The notes below the pieces were generated by a model, which was not told the DNA's origin, searched no databases, and saw only the letters and a program-made list of their open reading frames with translations. From Planctomycetaceae bacterium (GTDB taxonomy: Bacteria > Planctomycetota > Planctomycetia > Pirellulales > UBA1268), in contig JBJSXB010000257.1 in NCBI GenBank assembly GCA_046086245.1, positions 1 through 49,784 of the forward strand: a stretch of DNA of 49,784 nucleotides, written 5' to 3'. Positions 25,500 through 34,949 of this stretch are shown here, one piece after another (the stretch's first letter is position 1; each line of letters opens with the position of its first letter). The translations under genes and the position numbers were made by a program.

Positions 25500-27836
25500 A
25501 TGCTCAATCCGCTGCTCCTCTGGTTCCTGCCGCTGGCGGCCGTGCCGTTGGCGCTCCACCTGCTCGAACGTTTCCGGCTGCGCGAGATCGAACTGCCCAC
25601 GTTCCGGTTCCTGATGGACGGCTACGTGCAGGAGCGCCGCCGCGTCCGGCTGCTCGAGTGGCTGCTGGTCGCGTTGCGGACGGCACTGGTGGTGCTGGTG
25701 GTGGCGGGTTTGGCGCGGCCGCTGGTGCAGCGCTTCGCGGCGCTGTTCGGCGCCGCGGGCGGACGCGACGTGGTGTTCGTCGCCGACGTCGGTCTGACGA
25801 GCGGCCTGGTGAGCGAGGGAACCTCGGCGGTACACCGGATCCGCGAAGCGATCCGCGCCGCGGCGACGCGCCTCGAAGCGCGCGACTTCGTCACCCTGGT
25901 GCGCGCCGGCGTCCAGCCGAAGGTGCTCTACCGCGCCGCGCTGGGCGACGGCCGGACGCTCGCGACGCAGCTCGAAGGCCTCGCACCCGATCCCGGTCCG
26001 GCGGCGCTCGCGGCGGCGCTCACCGACGGCCTCTCGGCTCCGCCGCGCGGGGCGCGCAGCGTCTGGATCGTGACCGATGGCGAGGCGCGGGCATGGCGCC
26101 GCCTGGCCGCCGACGGCACCGCGCGCGGCCTGCCCGCCAGCGTCCGCTGGGTGATCCTCGACGTCGGCCATCCGGGCCGCGTCGCCAATGCCGCGATCAT
26201 CGGAGACCCACCGCGGTCGCAGCGGCCGGTGGTCGGCCTGCCGGTGGAACTGCCGGTCCGGGTCGCCGCGGTCGGGGGCGAGGCGGCCGAGAAGACGGTC
26301 ACGGTGCACCTCGACGACGACCTGGTCGCCCAGGTGCCGATCACGGTGCCACCGGGCTCGGTCGCGACGCGGTCGCTGGCGGTGGTGCCGAAACGCCCGG
26401 GCGTCCTCCGCGGCCGGGTGCAGATTTCCGCCGACGCCTTTCCCGAAGACGACAGCCTGCTGTTCACGCTGACGGTGGAACCGCGCGTCGGCGTGCTGGT
26501 GGTGGCCCCCCCCGACGCCCGCGGCCTCGACGATCCGGGGCTGTTCGTCACCGCCGCGCTGGAATCGCCTCTCGAGACGCTCGCCGGCGGCGACGACCAG
26601 CGGGCCGCCGCCGCGGCGGGGCGCGACGACGGAATCGACCGCTCGATCGCCCGCAGCCTCGACGTCACCCTCGCGCGTGGCGACCGCCTCGACGAGCCGA
26701 GCGTGCTCGCCGCCGACGTGATCGTGCTCGCCGACGTGCGGCTCGACGGGGGCCGCGCCCAGTGGGTGCGGCGCCAGGTGCAGGGGGGCGCGGGAATGGT
26801 GGTCGCCGCCGGCGCGCGCTTGGATGGCCACGGCGACCTGGCGGTGCTCGGGGACGCCAGAGGCAAGAACGCGGCCACCGTCCGGCTGCTGCCGGCGGTC
26901 GGCGATCCCGACGACGAACGGGGCGGCACCCGACTCGACGCCATCGACGTCTCGCATCCGGTGTTCGCGCCGTTTCGCGGCACCGGCGAACCGCGCGGCG
27001 GCCAGCCGGCGCCCGTCGGCTTGGAGACGCTGCGCGTCTTCCGGTATGTGCCACTGGCCGCTGTGGACGCCGAGCCGGGTGCGCCGCCGCGGCCCGCGAC
27101 CCTCGTCCTCGCCCGCCTCGAGGACGGCACGCCGGTGATGGTCGAGACGCGTTTGGGACGAGGACGCGTCCTCGTCTCGGGCATCCCGTTCACCCCCGAC
27201 TGGTCGACGTGGCCGGTGCATCCGGCCTTCGTGCCGATCCTGCTCCGCGCGGTCCAGCACGTCCGTCGCGCGGCCCCGGCCACGGTCGCCGAGTCGGTCC
27301 GCGCCGGCGAACCGGCGCCGCTACGGCTCGAGGATTCCTGGCGTCGCGCCGGGGTCGAGGTCGTCGATCCGGCCGGCAATCGCCGTGCCCTGGAGATGAT
27401 CGGCGGAGACGGCCACGCCACGGGGGCGCTGCTCGACACGCTCGCCGTCGGCCACTACGACTTCGTCGTCGAACCACCGGCGGGCGGTGCCGCGGCGCCG
27501 CTGGCCCTCGGCATGGCGGTCAACCGTGACGTCGATTCGGCCGCCATCGAACATCTCGCGGAGGCCGAACTCCGCGCGGCGCTCGCACCCCACGACGTGG
27601 CCTACGTCGCCGGCGCGGGCGACGATCCCGCACTCCACGGGCGGCTGACCGGTCGCCGCGAGATCTGGCGTTGGTTGGTGGGCGCCGCCCTGGCGGTCTT
27701 CGCCGTCGAGTTCCTGCTGGCGACCCTGGCGGCACCCCGCGCGACGGTGCCGGGTGCAACGCCGCGGGGATGGCTCGACAGGCTCGCGACCCGGCTCGGG
27801 CACGCGGTGGAGGGGATGGACGGAGGGGGAATCTGA
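25500..27836 (+). CDS. BatA-domain (N-terminal double-transmembrane) large membrane protein
   Basis: Inner ATG. MLNPLLLWFLPLAAVPLALHLLERFRLREIELPTFRFL plus a second TM helix matches the aerotolerance-operon BatA N-terminal domain pattern. A long extracytoplasmic region follows. Confidence 0.75.
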   Translation: MLNPLLLWFLPLAAVPLALHLLERFRLREIELPTFRFLMDGYVQERRRVRLLEWLLVALRTALVVLVVAGLARPLVQRFAALFGAAGGRDVVFVADVGLTSGLVSEGTSAVHRIREAIRAAATRLEARDFVTLVRAGVQPKVLYRAALGDGRTLATQLEGLAPDPGPAALAAALTDGLSAPPRGARSVWIVTDGEARAWRRLAADGTARGLPASVRWVILDVGHPGRVANAAIIGDPPRSQRPVVGLPVELPVRVAAVGGEAAEKTVTVHLDDDLVAQVPITVPPGSVATRSLAVVPKRPGVLRGRVQISADAFPEDDSLLFTLTVEPRVGVLVVAPPDARGLDDPGLFVTAALESPLETLAGGDDQRAAAAAGRDDGIDRSIARSLDVTLARGDRLDEPSVLAADVIVLADVRLDGGRAQWVRRQVQGGAGMVVAAGARLDGHGDLAVLGDARGKNAATVRLLPAVGDPDDERGGTRLDAIDVSHPVFAPFRGTGEPRGGQPAPVGLETLRVFRYVPLAAVDAEPGAPPRPATLVLARLEDGTPVMVETRLGRGRVLVSGIPFTPDWSTWPVHPAFVPILLRAVQHVRRAAPATVAESVRAGEPAPLRLEDSWRRAGVEVVDPAGNRRALEMIGGDGHATGALLDTLAVGHYDFVVEPPAGGAAAPLALGMAVNRDVDSAAIEHLAEAELRAALAPHDVAYVAGAGDDPALHGRLTGRREIWRWLVGAALAVFAVEFLLATLAAPRATVPGATPRGWLDRLATRLGHAVEGMDGGGI

Positions 27837-27875
27837 GCGGTGAGGCCGGTGGGAACGCGAGCCGGGGAGGTGGGC

Positions 27876-30800
27876 ATGGTCAGCGGCACGGCACGGCAGA
27901 CGGCGGGCGACGGCCCTGCGACCGCACTGACGCGCGTCGTCGAGCGGGCGCGCCGCCGCATCGTCGCCACGACGATCGTCGCCGGCACGCTCCTCGTGGC
28001 GGCGCTGGCGGTGGCGACCGTCGTCGGCGCCGTGATCGTCGATCTCGTCGTGCCGTTACGCGTACCGTGGCGGATCGCCGCGGCCGTCGGCTGGTGCCTC
28101 GCGGTGGCGCTCGCCGTGCTCGCCTTCCTCGTCGTGCCGGCGCGGCGGCGGCCGACGCTCGACGCGGTGGCACTGCGCATCGAGCGCGTTCTCGGCGGCA
28201 TGCACAACCGACTGCTGACCGTCCTCGATCTCGAACGCGACGGCGGGCGCCGGGCGCGGACCCGGCCCGACCTCCTCGTGCGGCTCCTCGAGCAGACCCA
28301 GGAACGGCTCCGCGGGTTCCGCGTCGGCCGCGTCGTGAGCCGGCGCGCCCCCATCCGTGCCGCGGCGTTCGCCGGCGCGGGCGTGGCCGCCGTGGTGGCG
28401 CTGTCCGCGGTCTTCGGCGACCGATTCTCCACCACGCTCGAGCGGCTGTGGCACCCCACCGCCGACATCCCCCCCGCCACGGTTGTGCAATTCGCCGTCC
28501 CGGGCGACATCGAGGTGCTCGTCGACGAACCGCTTTCGATCGACGTCGCCGTGACGCGCGGCGCATGCGCTGCGGCGGAGATCGTGCTCGAAGATAGCGG
28601 AGGCGGCCGCCTCCGCTATCCACTCCGCCCGGTGGCGGGGGGTTTCGTCGGCCGACTGGATGGACTCGATCGCGACGCCCGATACCGGGTCGAGGGAGGT
28701 GGCACCTGGTCGCGAACGCACGCCATCCGACTGCTGACACGGCCGGCGATCGAGCAGTGCACCCGCGTCGTCCGGCTGCCCTCGTACATGCGCATCGACG
28801 AGCCGCTGCCGGTGATCGGTGATCCACCGCGGATCGAGGCGCCCGAGGGGGCGACGGTGGAGTTCACCGCCGCGGTGCGTCCCGACCCGGTCGGGGGGGC
28901 GCTCACGATTCTGGAGCGCTCGATCGAGACCGAGCAGGTCGACACCTTCGACGAGCGCGTCTGGTTCGAGGACGATCTCCCGCGCGACGCGGTGTTCGCG
29001 CAGCCCTGGCGCTGGACCACCGCACACGCCGCCGGCGGCGTGCGCGGCTTCGTCTGCGACGACGATCGCACCGCCAGCCTGCGCACCCGCCTGGAGCCCC
29101 TCGTCCTTCCCAAGGACGAGCTTGCCGGCAAGGGGTTGATGGTGATGGTGCGCACCGATCCCACGGCGCCGCCGTGCCGGATCGTGGTGGCGTTCGACGC
29201 CGGCGCGGCCAAAGCGGAAGTTGCGTGGGGGGAAGATGGCGGCAGCGCCACCGATGATCCGCCCGTCGCGGGCCCCCTGCCGGCACCCGGCGCGTGGGCG
29301 CGGCTGACGGTGCCACTGGAGTCGCTGCCCGCCCTGGCGGGCAAGCATGTCGCGGCGGCGACGTTCCGCGTCGAGGGGGGGCGGGCGGTGCTCGACCGGC
29401 CCGGGTGGTTCGCACGTGGAACGCGCACCGTGGAGCGCGTCGTGGATCGCCCGCGCGGGCGGGTCGAGGCGGAGCCGGTGGCGGCAGCCGCCGGTGACGC
29501 GGCGGGGCGGTGGCGTGCGGTGCTGCCGGTCGAGCGGCGGAGTCTCGTGACCTTGTCGTTCACCGACGGCCGCGATCACCCGAGCCTGCCCGTGCCCCCG
29601 GTGGAGATCGTGCCGACGGTCGATCGGCCGCCGGCCCTGGTGATCACCTCCCCGGCCGACATGCTGCCTCTCGAACTGCCCGACGACGTGATCGTCGAGG
29701 GCGAGGCGTTCGACGACTGGGGCATCGACTCGCTCGCCGTGCGTGTCGGGCCGGACGCCGAGCACCTTTCCCCCCCCCGCCCCTTGGCCGACGTCGCGTT
29801 GGCGGATCGGCCCCCGGACACGCGGGTCGCGTTCGCGGCGACGGTTCCGCTGACCACGCTCGGTCTCGAACCGGGTCGCGGCGCCGCCTGGAAGCTCGTC
29901 GTCCGCGACACGAAGGGGCAGGTGGTGGAGTCGTCGCTCCACCGCGTCACCGTCGTACCGCCGCCCGACGCGCAGCTGGCCCGCTCGCAAGTGCCGGCGA
30001 TCGAACAGGCGCGGCGCCTCGCCGAACAGATGGCCGCCGCCGGAACCCGCGATGCAGCCGGTCTCGACGTGCAGCGGGAGCGGCTTCTCGAGGCGGTCGG
30101 CCGCGACACCGTCGAGGCGCTCGAGGCGGTCGCCGAGGCGACACGGCGCGGGGCGGAGGAGAGCGCCGATCCACAGGCGACGGCCGCCGCCCGCGAGCGA
30201 CTCGCCGCCGCCCAGCGCCTCGCCGACGAGGCCGCCACGCGACTCGATGCGCCACAGCGGGAGGCGCTCGACCGGCTCGATCGGTTTCTCGACGCGCGGG
30301 CTGCCGAAGCAGACCGGATCGCGGAGGCGCTCGCCCGCGCGGCCGAACAGGCGCGCGCCAGCAGCCTGGTGCCCGAGCGGCTCAAGGAACGCCTCGACAC
30401 CCTCGCCGCCGATGCCCGGCGGTCGCGCCGCGCGCTGGAAAAGTCGCCCGACCTGTCGGGCGACGCCGCCGCCCTGGAGCGCATCGCCAACACGCCCGAG
30501 CCGAACGCGATCGCCGTCTCCGCCGAGCGGTTGGCGGCGGTGGCCGCAGACGAGGGTCGGGAGATCGACGCGGTGGGGGCGGCACGACGGCTCGACCGAC
30601 TCGCGGGCGACCTGGCCCGACGGGCCGCAGCCCTCGGGACTCGAGCCAGACGCGATGACGCGTCCGCCCGCGTTGACCGACCGACCGACGCGAGCCCGTC
30701 GCCGGTGCCGACCCCCGGCGATCAGGCGGCGCCGCCGGACGGCGCCGACCGCCCGCCTTCCGACGCCGCGGCGCCGCCCGACGCGATCCGGCAACTCCGC

Positions 30801-31439
30801 GAAGTGGAACAGATCCTCGGCCGGCCGATCGCCGCCGCGCCGTCCTCCGCCGACGGCGCGGGCGCGACGCCCGTGCCGGCCGACGACTCCCTCGGTGCCC
30901 GCCTCGAAGCCGCTGGCGCCGCGGCGACCGCGGCGGGCCGGTCCGCCGAGGGCTTCGCCGGCCAGTTGTCGGGACGCGTGCCAGTCGGCGCGGTCAGCGC
31001 GGAAGCCGCGGCAGGGAAGGCATCGCCGATCGCCGAGCTGCTCGATAGCCCACCCGTGCAGGAGGCCTTGCAGATGGCCGACCGGGCGCGGCGCCTCCAA
31101 TTGCGCGCGGCACACAAGCGCGGTGCCGACTCGGGCCAGCGGCCGGGAGAAGGGGCCGCTTCCGACGAGGCGGGCGACGGCCAGTCGGGACAGGGACGCG
31201 CGCGGGGCGCGGGGGAGGAGGCGGGCGACCCATCGAGCGAGGGTGGTGGCCGCGACGGCGAGCGGCGGCTCGATCAGGCTCTCCGGGGCCTCGACGCGCG
31301 CCGCCGTGCCGCGATCGAACGCCTCCCTCCGCGGGTTCGTGATCCGCTTCTCGAGGGCATGCGCGAGCGCGGCCCGGAAGCGTATCGCGACGTGATCGAG
31401 ACCTACTTTCGCCGCCTCGGCAAGGACGTCGCACCATGA
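27876..31439 (+). CDS. Large membrane protein with Ala/Arg/Glu-rich coiled-coil C-terminal half (DUF4175-like by architecture)
   Basis: ATG preceded by GGAGG at 6-nt spacing. Two N-terminal TM helices and a long beta-rich middle region. The C-terminal part has an Ala/Arg/Glu/Asp-rich helical composition and ends ...YRDVIETYFRRLGKDV. The family assignment is from memory of the architecture only. Confidence 0.6.
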   Translation: MVSGTARQTAGDGPATALTRVVERARRRIVATTIVAGTLLVAALAVATVVGAVIVDLVVPLRVPWRIAAAVGWCLAVALAVLAFLVVPARRRPTLDAVALRIERVLGGMHNRLLTVLDLERDGGRRARTRPDLLVRLLEQTQERLRGFRVGRVVSRRAPIRAAAFAGAGVAAVVALSAVFGDRFSTTLERLWHPTADIPPATVVQFAVPGDIEVLVDEPLSIDVAVTRGACAAAEIVLEDSGGGRLRYPLRPVAGGFVGRLDGLDRDARYRVEGGGTWSRTHAIRLLTRPAIEQCTRVVRLPSYMRIDEPLPVIGDPPRIEAPEGATVEFTAAVRPDPVGGALTILERSIETEQVDTFDERVWFEDDLPRDAVFAQPWRWTTAHAAGGVRGFVCDDDRTASLRTRLEPLVLPKDELAGKGLMVMVRTDPTAPPCRIVVAFDAGAAKAEVAWGEDGGSATDDPPVAGPLPAPGAWARLTVPLESLPALAGKHVAAATFRVEGGRAVLDRPGWFARGTRTVERVVDRPRGRVEAEPVAAAAGDAAGRWRAVLPVERRSLVTLSFTDGRDHPSLPVPPVEIVPTVDRPPALVITSPADMLPLELPDDVIVEGEAFDDWGIDSLAVRVGPDAEHLSPPRPLADVALADRPPDTRVAFAATVPLTTLGLEPGRGAAWKLVVRDTKGQVVESSLHRVTVVPPPDAQLARSQVPAIEQARRLAEQMAAAGTRDAAGLDVQRERLLEAVGRDTVEALEAVAEATRRGAEESADPQATAAARERLAAAQRLADEAATRLDAPQREALDRLDRFLDARAAEADRIAEALARAAEQARASSLVPERLKERLDTLAADARRSRRALEKSPDLSGDAAALERIANTPEPNAIAVSAERLAAVAADEGREIDAVGAARRLDRLAGDLARRAAALGTRARRDDASARVDRPTDASPSPVPTPGDQAAPPDGADRPPSDAAAPPDAIRQLREVEQILGRPIAAAPSSADGAGATPVPADDSLGARLEAAGAAATAAGRSAEGFAGQLSGRVPVGAVSAEAAAGKASPIAELLDSPPVQEALQMADRARRLQLRAAHKRGADSGQRPGEGAASDEAGDGQSGQGRARGAGEEAGDPSSEGGGRDGERRLDQALRGLDARRRAAIERLPPRVRDPLLEGMRERGPEAYRDVIETYFRRLGKDVAP

Positions 31440-33832
31440 GCGGTCTGGCGGCGGCGCTGGCGCGGGCCTGCGGGATCGCCCATGGCTCCACCGCCGCGAT
31501 CGAGCACGTCGAATGGTCGTGGTCGCGCCCGCAGGTGCTGTGGCTCGGGCTGCCACTGCTGGTGCTCGCCGGTTGGTGGATCACGACGCGGCACCGACGC
31601 CGCTTTCCCTGGCTGTCGCCACGGCTGCGAACGGCGCTCGACGTCTGCCGCTGGTCGGTGCTCGCGCTGTTCCTCGCGATCCTCGCCGGACCGGCGGTGC
31701 GGTTCGAGGAACGGATCGATCGCAAGCCGGTCGTCGCGCTCCTGGTCGACACCTCCGACAGCATGCGCCTGCCGCTGGGCCGCCTGCCGGCGGACGCGGT
31801 CGACGCGGTGACCCGCCTCGTCGGCATCGGCCCGCCGCCCGATGGCCCCGGCGGCACGGCCGCGGCCGTGGAGCGGCTCGCGAGCTGGTCGCGCGCCGAC
31901 GTGGTCGCCGCCCTCGAACGCGCGCAGTCGGCCGAACCGGGCCTGTTCGCCGATCTGCGGCGGCGCTTCGACCTTCGTCGTTACCAGTTCGCGCGCCGGT
32001 CACGCCGCGTGGCGACCGCCGATCGGGGCGATGCGGACGGGTCGGCGGCGGACGACGACGGGGGGGCCGATACCGCCCTCGGCAACGCCTTGCAGATGGC
32101 GTTCGACGACGCGTCCGACCGGACGTTGTCCGCGGTGATCGTGCTGTCGGACGGCCGTTCGACCGTCGGCATCGATCCTCTCGAGGCGGCGCGCCGCGCG
32201 ATCGACGCCCGCGGCGGCGCGCCCCCGGGCCCGGTCTACGCCGTGCCGATCGGTTCTGCGGAGGCGCCGATCGACCTGGCGGTGACCGACCTGCTCGTCC
32301 CGCCGATCGTCGCCCTCGATGACACCGTCACCGTGGTCGCCACCGTCGAGTCCGCCGGGCTTGCGGGACGGACCGCGGCGGTCGAACTGCGTGACGGCGC
32401 GGGCGCGGCCGTCGAGACCTTTCCCCTGGTGCTGTCGGGGGGCCGGCAGCAGGCGGTGTTCTCCTGGCGGGCGACCTCCCCGGGAGCCGCGCGCCTCGAG
32501 GTCGCCGTGGCGTGCGAGCCGGAGGAGGTGGTCCGCGAGAACAACGCCCTGGCGGCGACCGTCGAGGTGAGCCAGCGCCGCACCAAAGCCCTGTTCGTCG
32601 ATGCGATGCCGCGCTGGGATCTCCGCTTCATCGACCACGCGATCCGCCGCGACGGCGGCTTCGAGTCGACGATCCTGCTCGTCGCCGGAGGTGATCCCGA
32701 CACGCTGCCCACCACCGTCGATCGCTGGGCCGAATACGATCTGGTGGTCCTCGGCGACGTGCCGGCAGCGTGCCTGACGCCCGTCGCCCAGGCGGCGCTC
32801 GTCGAGGCGGTGGCACGGCGCGGGGTCGGGGTGGTGTTCCAACCCGGCGGCGAGCACCTGCCGCGCGACTACGCCGGCGCGCCGCTGGCGGAGTTGTTTC
32901 CGGTGGAGTTCGACGCCACTCGCGGTGGAGGCACGGCGGCCATCGAGGCGCCGTCGTTCAAACCGTTCCGCATGCGGGTCACCGCGCGCGGGGCGATGCA
33001 TCCGGCGTTCGCACTGTCGGGGGATGCGGGCCGCAACCGCACGTCATGGGGGGCGATGCCCTCGTTTTTCCGCGTCGCCGCGGCGACCCGCCCCCGGCCC
33101 GCCGCGACGGTGCTCGCGGAGGTCGACGCCCCCGACGGACGCGGCCCGATCCCGCTGGTGGCCGAGGCGCCCGCCGGCCGCGGTCGCACCGCCTGGATCG
33201 GCACCGAGGAAACCTTCCGCTGGCGCCGCAACGTCGGCGACCCGCTGTTTTGGCGGTTCTGGGGGCAGGCGCTCCGCGCCGTCGCCCGGCGCGACGACCG
33301 TCCCGTCGATGCCGCGTGGCTGGCGGTCACCCCGCCGCACTGCGAACCCGACGCCACGGTCGCCATCGAACTCAACCTCGTCGCCCCCGACGGCCAACCG
33401 GTCACGACCGGACCGCGGACGGTGGACATCGACCACGAGGGCGCCATGGTGTCGCTGCCGCTCCAGCCGGGAGGACGACCGGGGCTGTGGCAGGGAGGAT
33501 TCGTCGCGACGGCGACCGGCCGGCACCGGCTGCGGTACCGCCCGGACGTCGGACCGGAGCTCACCGCCGAGTGCTTCGTCGCGGAGCCGACACGCGAGCG
33601 TTCACGCGCCGACGTCGATCGCGACACGCTCGCCGCCGTGGGAGATCTGACCGGGGGAGCGCTCGTCGAACTGCCGGCGCTCGCCACCCTGCCGGCGCGG
33701 CTCGACACCACCACCGTCGCCACGACGCGGATCCACGAGGAGGAGGTGTGGGACACCTGGCCCGTCCTCGTCCTGCTGGTCGGGTTGTACTGTGCCGACA
33801 TCGCCATCCGGCGGCTGTCGGGATTGAGTTGA
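31436..33832 (+). CDS. Membrane protein with vWA-like (DxSxS) and amidotransferase-like domains
   Basis: The start overlaps the preceding stop (ATGA at 31436-31439). N-terminal TM helices. VVALLVDTSDSMRLP is MIDAS-like. A later block, ...KALFVDAMPRWDLRFI...DLVVLGDV..., resembles BatB-like or DUF1355-type proteins. There is a C-terminal TM helix. Confidence 0.7.
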   Translation: MSGLAAALARACGIAHGSTAAIEHVEWSWSRPQVLWLGLPLLVLAGWWITTRHRRRFPWLSPRLRTALDVCRWSVLALFLAILAGPAVRFEERIDRKPVVALLVDTSDSMRLPLGRLPADAVDAVTRLVGIGPPPDGPGGTAAAVERLASWSRADVVAALERAQSAEPGLFADLRRRFDLRRYQFARRSRRVATADRGDADGSAADDDGGADTALGNALQMAFDDASDRTLSAVIVLSDGRSTVGIDPLEAARRAIDARGGAPPGPVYAVPIGSAEAPIDLAVTDLLVPPIVALDDTVTVVATVESAGLAGRTAAVELRDGAGAAVETFPLVLSGGRQQAVFSWRATSPGAARLEVAVACEPEEVVRENNALAATVEVSQRRTKALFVDAMPRWDLRFIDHAIRRDGGFESTILLVAGGDPDTLPTTVDRWAEYDLVVLGDVPAACLTPVAQAALVEAVARRGVGVVFQPGGEHLPRDYAGAPLAELFPVEFDATRGGGTAAIEAPSFKPFRMRVTARGAMHPAFALSGDAGRNRTSWGAMPSFFRVAAATRPRPAATVLAEVDAPDGRGPIPLVAEAPAGRGRTAWIGTEETFRWRRNVGDPLFWRFWGQALRAVARRDDRPVDAAWLAVTPPHCEPDATVAIELNLVAPDGQPVTTGPRTVDIDHEGAMVSLPLQPGGRPGLWQGGFVATATGRHRLRYRPDVGPELTAECFVAEPTRERSRADVDRDTLAAVGDLTGGALVELPALATLPARLDTTTVATTRIHEEEVWDTWPVLVLLVGLYCADIAIRRLSGLS

Positions 33833-33864
33833 ACCGGGACGGTCGCGCACACGGAGGCCGGACG

Positions 33865-34911
33865 ATGGGCATGGGGACGCTGCGGGAGCGGTGGCTGTCG
33901 ACGGCGGCGTTGGCGATCGCCGTCACGATGCCGGCGCCCGGGCCGGTCGCGGCCGAGCGGGATTCGGCCGACCTGGTCCGCGTTGAAGCGGCGGTCGATC
34001 GGGCGCTTGAATACCTGGCCGCGAAGCAGGACCCCTCCGGATCCTGGCCGCACGGACTCTCGCAGCAGCCGAACACGGGGATCGACGCGCTGTGCCTGCT
34101 GGCGTTCCTCGGCCGCGGCCACGTGCCCGGGCGTGGTCCCTACCGGGAGACGGTCGGTCGCACGGTCGACGCGCTGCTGGCGTCGCGGCGCGCCGACGAC
34201 CTGCTGGTGCGCGCCGGTGGCCACTCCCACGGCCCGATGTACGAGCACGCCCTGGCGACGCTCGCGCTCATCGAGGCATCGGGCTGGGTGACGACCGCCG
34301 GCATGCGCGAGACCTGCCAGGCGGCCGTCGATCTAATCGTGACGGCGCAGAATCGCGAAGGAGGGTGGCGCTACCAGCCGAAGCCGCAGGACGCCGACCT
34401 GAGCGTGACCGTGATGCAGATCGTCGCCCTGCGCAGCGCCCAAAACGCGCGCCTCACCGTCCCCCAGGAAACGATCGACAACGCGATCCGCTACGTGAAG
34501 TCGTGCGCGCGCCCGGAGGGGGGCTTCGCCTACCAACCCTCCCAGGGGGTGAAGAACGCCCAATCGGCGGCGGGTGCGCTGTCGTTGGCGCTGCTCGGCC
34601 GGTTCGACGATCCCGAGGTGGCCGGGGCGCTCGACTCGCTCCAGAAGCGCGAGTACCGTCCGCAGATGGACGACTATTTTCACTATATGAACTACTACGC
34701 GATGCAGGCGCACTTCCAGGCCGGCGAGCGGCAGTGGTCCGCCTGGCATCCGCGCGTCCGCACGTTTTTGCTCGACGCGCAGAACACCGACGGCTCCTGG
34801 CCGGGCTGGGGCGAGGAACGCCTCAACGGTCAGGCGAAGTGCTATTCCACGGCGCTGGCGACGATGGCGCTCGAGGTCTACATGCACTACCTGCCCGCGT
34901 ACCAGCGCTGA
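33865..34911 (+). CDS. Exported prenyltransferase/squalene-cyclase-like alpha/alpha-toroid repeat protein
   Basis: Inner ATG with GGAGG 7 nt upstream, and a signal peptide. Four repeats of the type A..yL...Q...GsW (LEYLAAKQDPSGSWPHG, LIVTAQNREGGWRYQP, YVKSCARPEGGFAYQP, FLLDAQNTDGSWPGWG). Confidence 0.75.
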   Translation: MGMGTLRERWLSTAALAIAVTMPAPGPVAAERDSADLVRVEAAVDRALEYLAAKQDPSGSWPHGLSQQPNTGIDALCLLAFLGRGHVPGRGPYRETVGRTVDALLASRRADDLLVRAGGHSHGPMYEHALATLALIEASGWVTTAGMRETCQAAVDLIVTAQNREGGWRYQPKPQDADLSVTVMQIVALRSAQNARLTVPQETIDNAIRYVKSCARPEGGFAYQPSQGVKNAQSAAGALSLALLGRFDDPEVAGALDSLQKREYRPQMDDYFHYMNYYAMQAHFQAGERQWSAWHPRVRTFLLDAQNTDGSWPGWGEERLNGQAKCYSTALATMALEVYMHYLPAYQR

Positions 34912-34949
34912 GACGGTCGCCGGGCCCCGACGCGGCGGCGAGCCGTGCG

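Noticed and set aside
23375-25600. 741-aa minus-strand ORF. The same applies to 22831..25140 (+), 25464..27260 (-), 25658..27529 (+), 36994..39342 (-) and 41212..43752 (+).
   Set aside because: All overlap genes with recognisable family motifs in another frame or on the other strand. All show the Arg/Gly/Pro-heavy composition of non-coding frames in high-GC DNA.
28056-31556. 1166-aa minus-strand ORF, the second-longest ORF in the track
   Set aside because: It is exactly antisense to the 27876..31439 and 31436..33832 genes of the MoxR operon. Its composition is dominated by Arg/Gly/Ala/Pro with no motifs, as expected for a shadow ORF in very GC-rich DNA where stop codons are rare.
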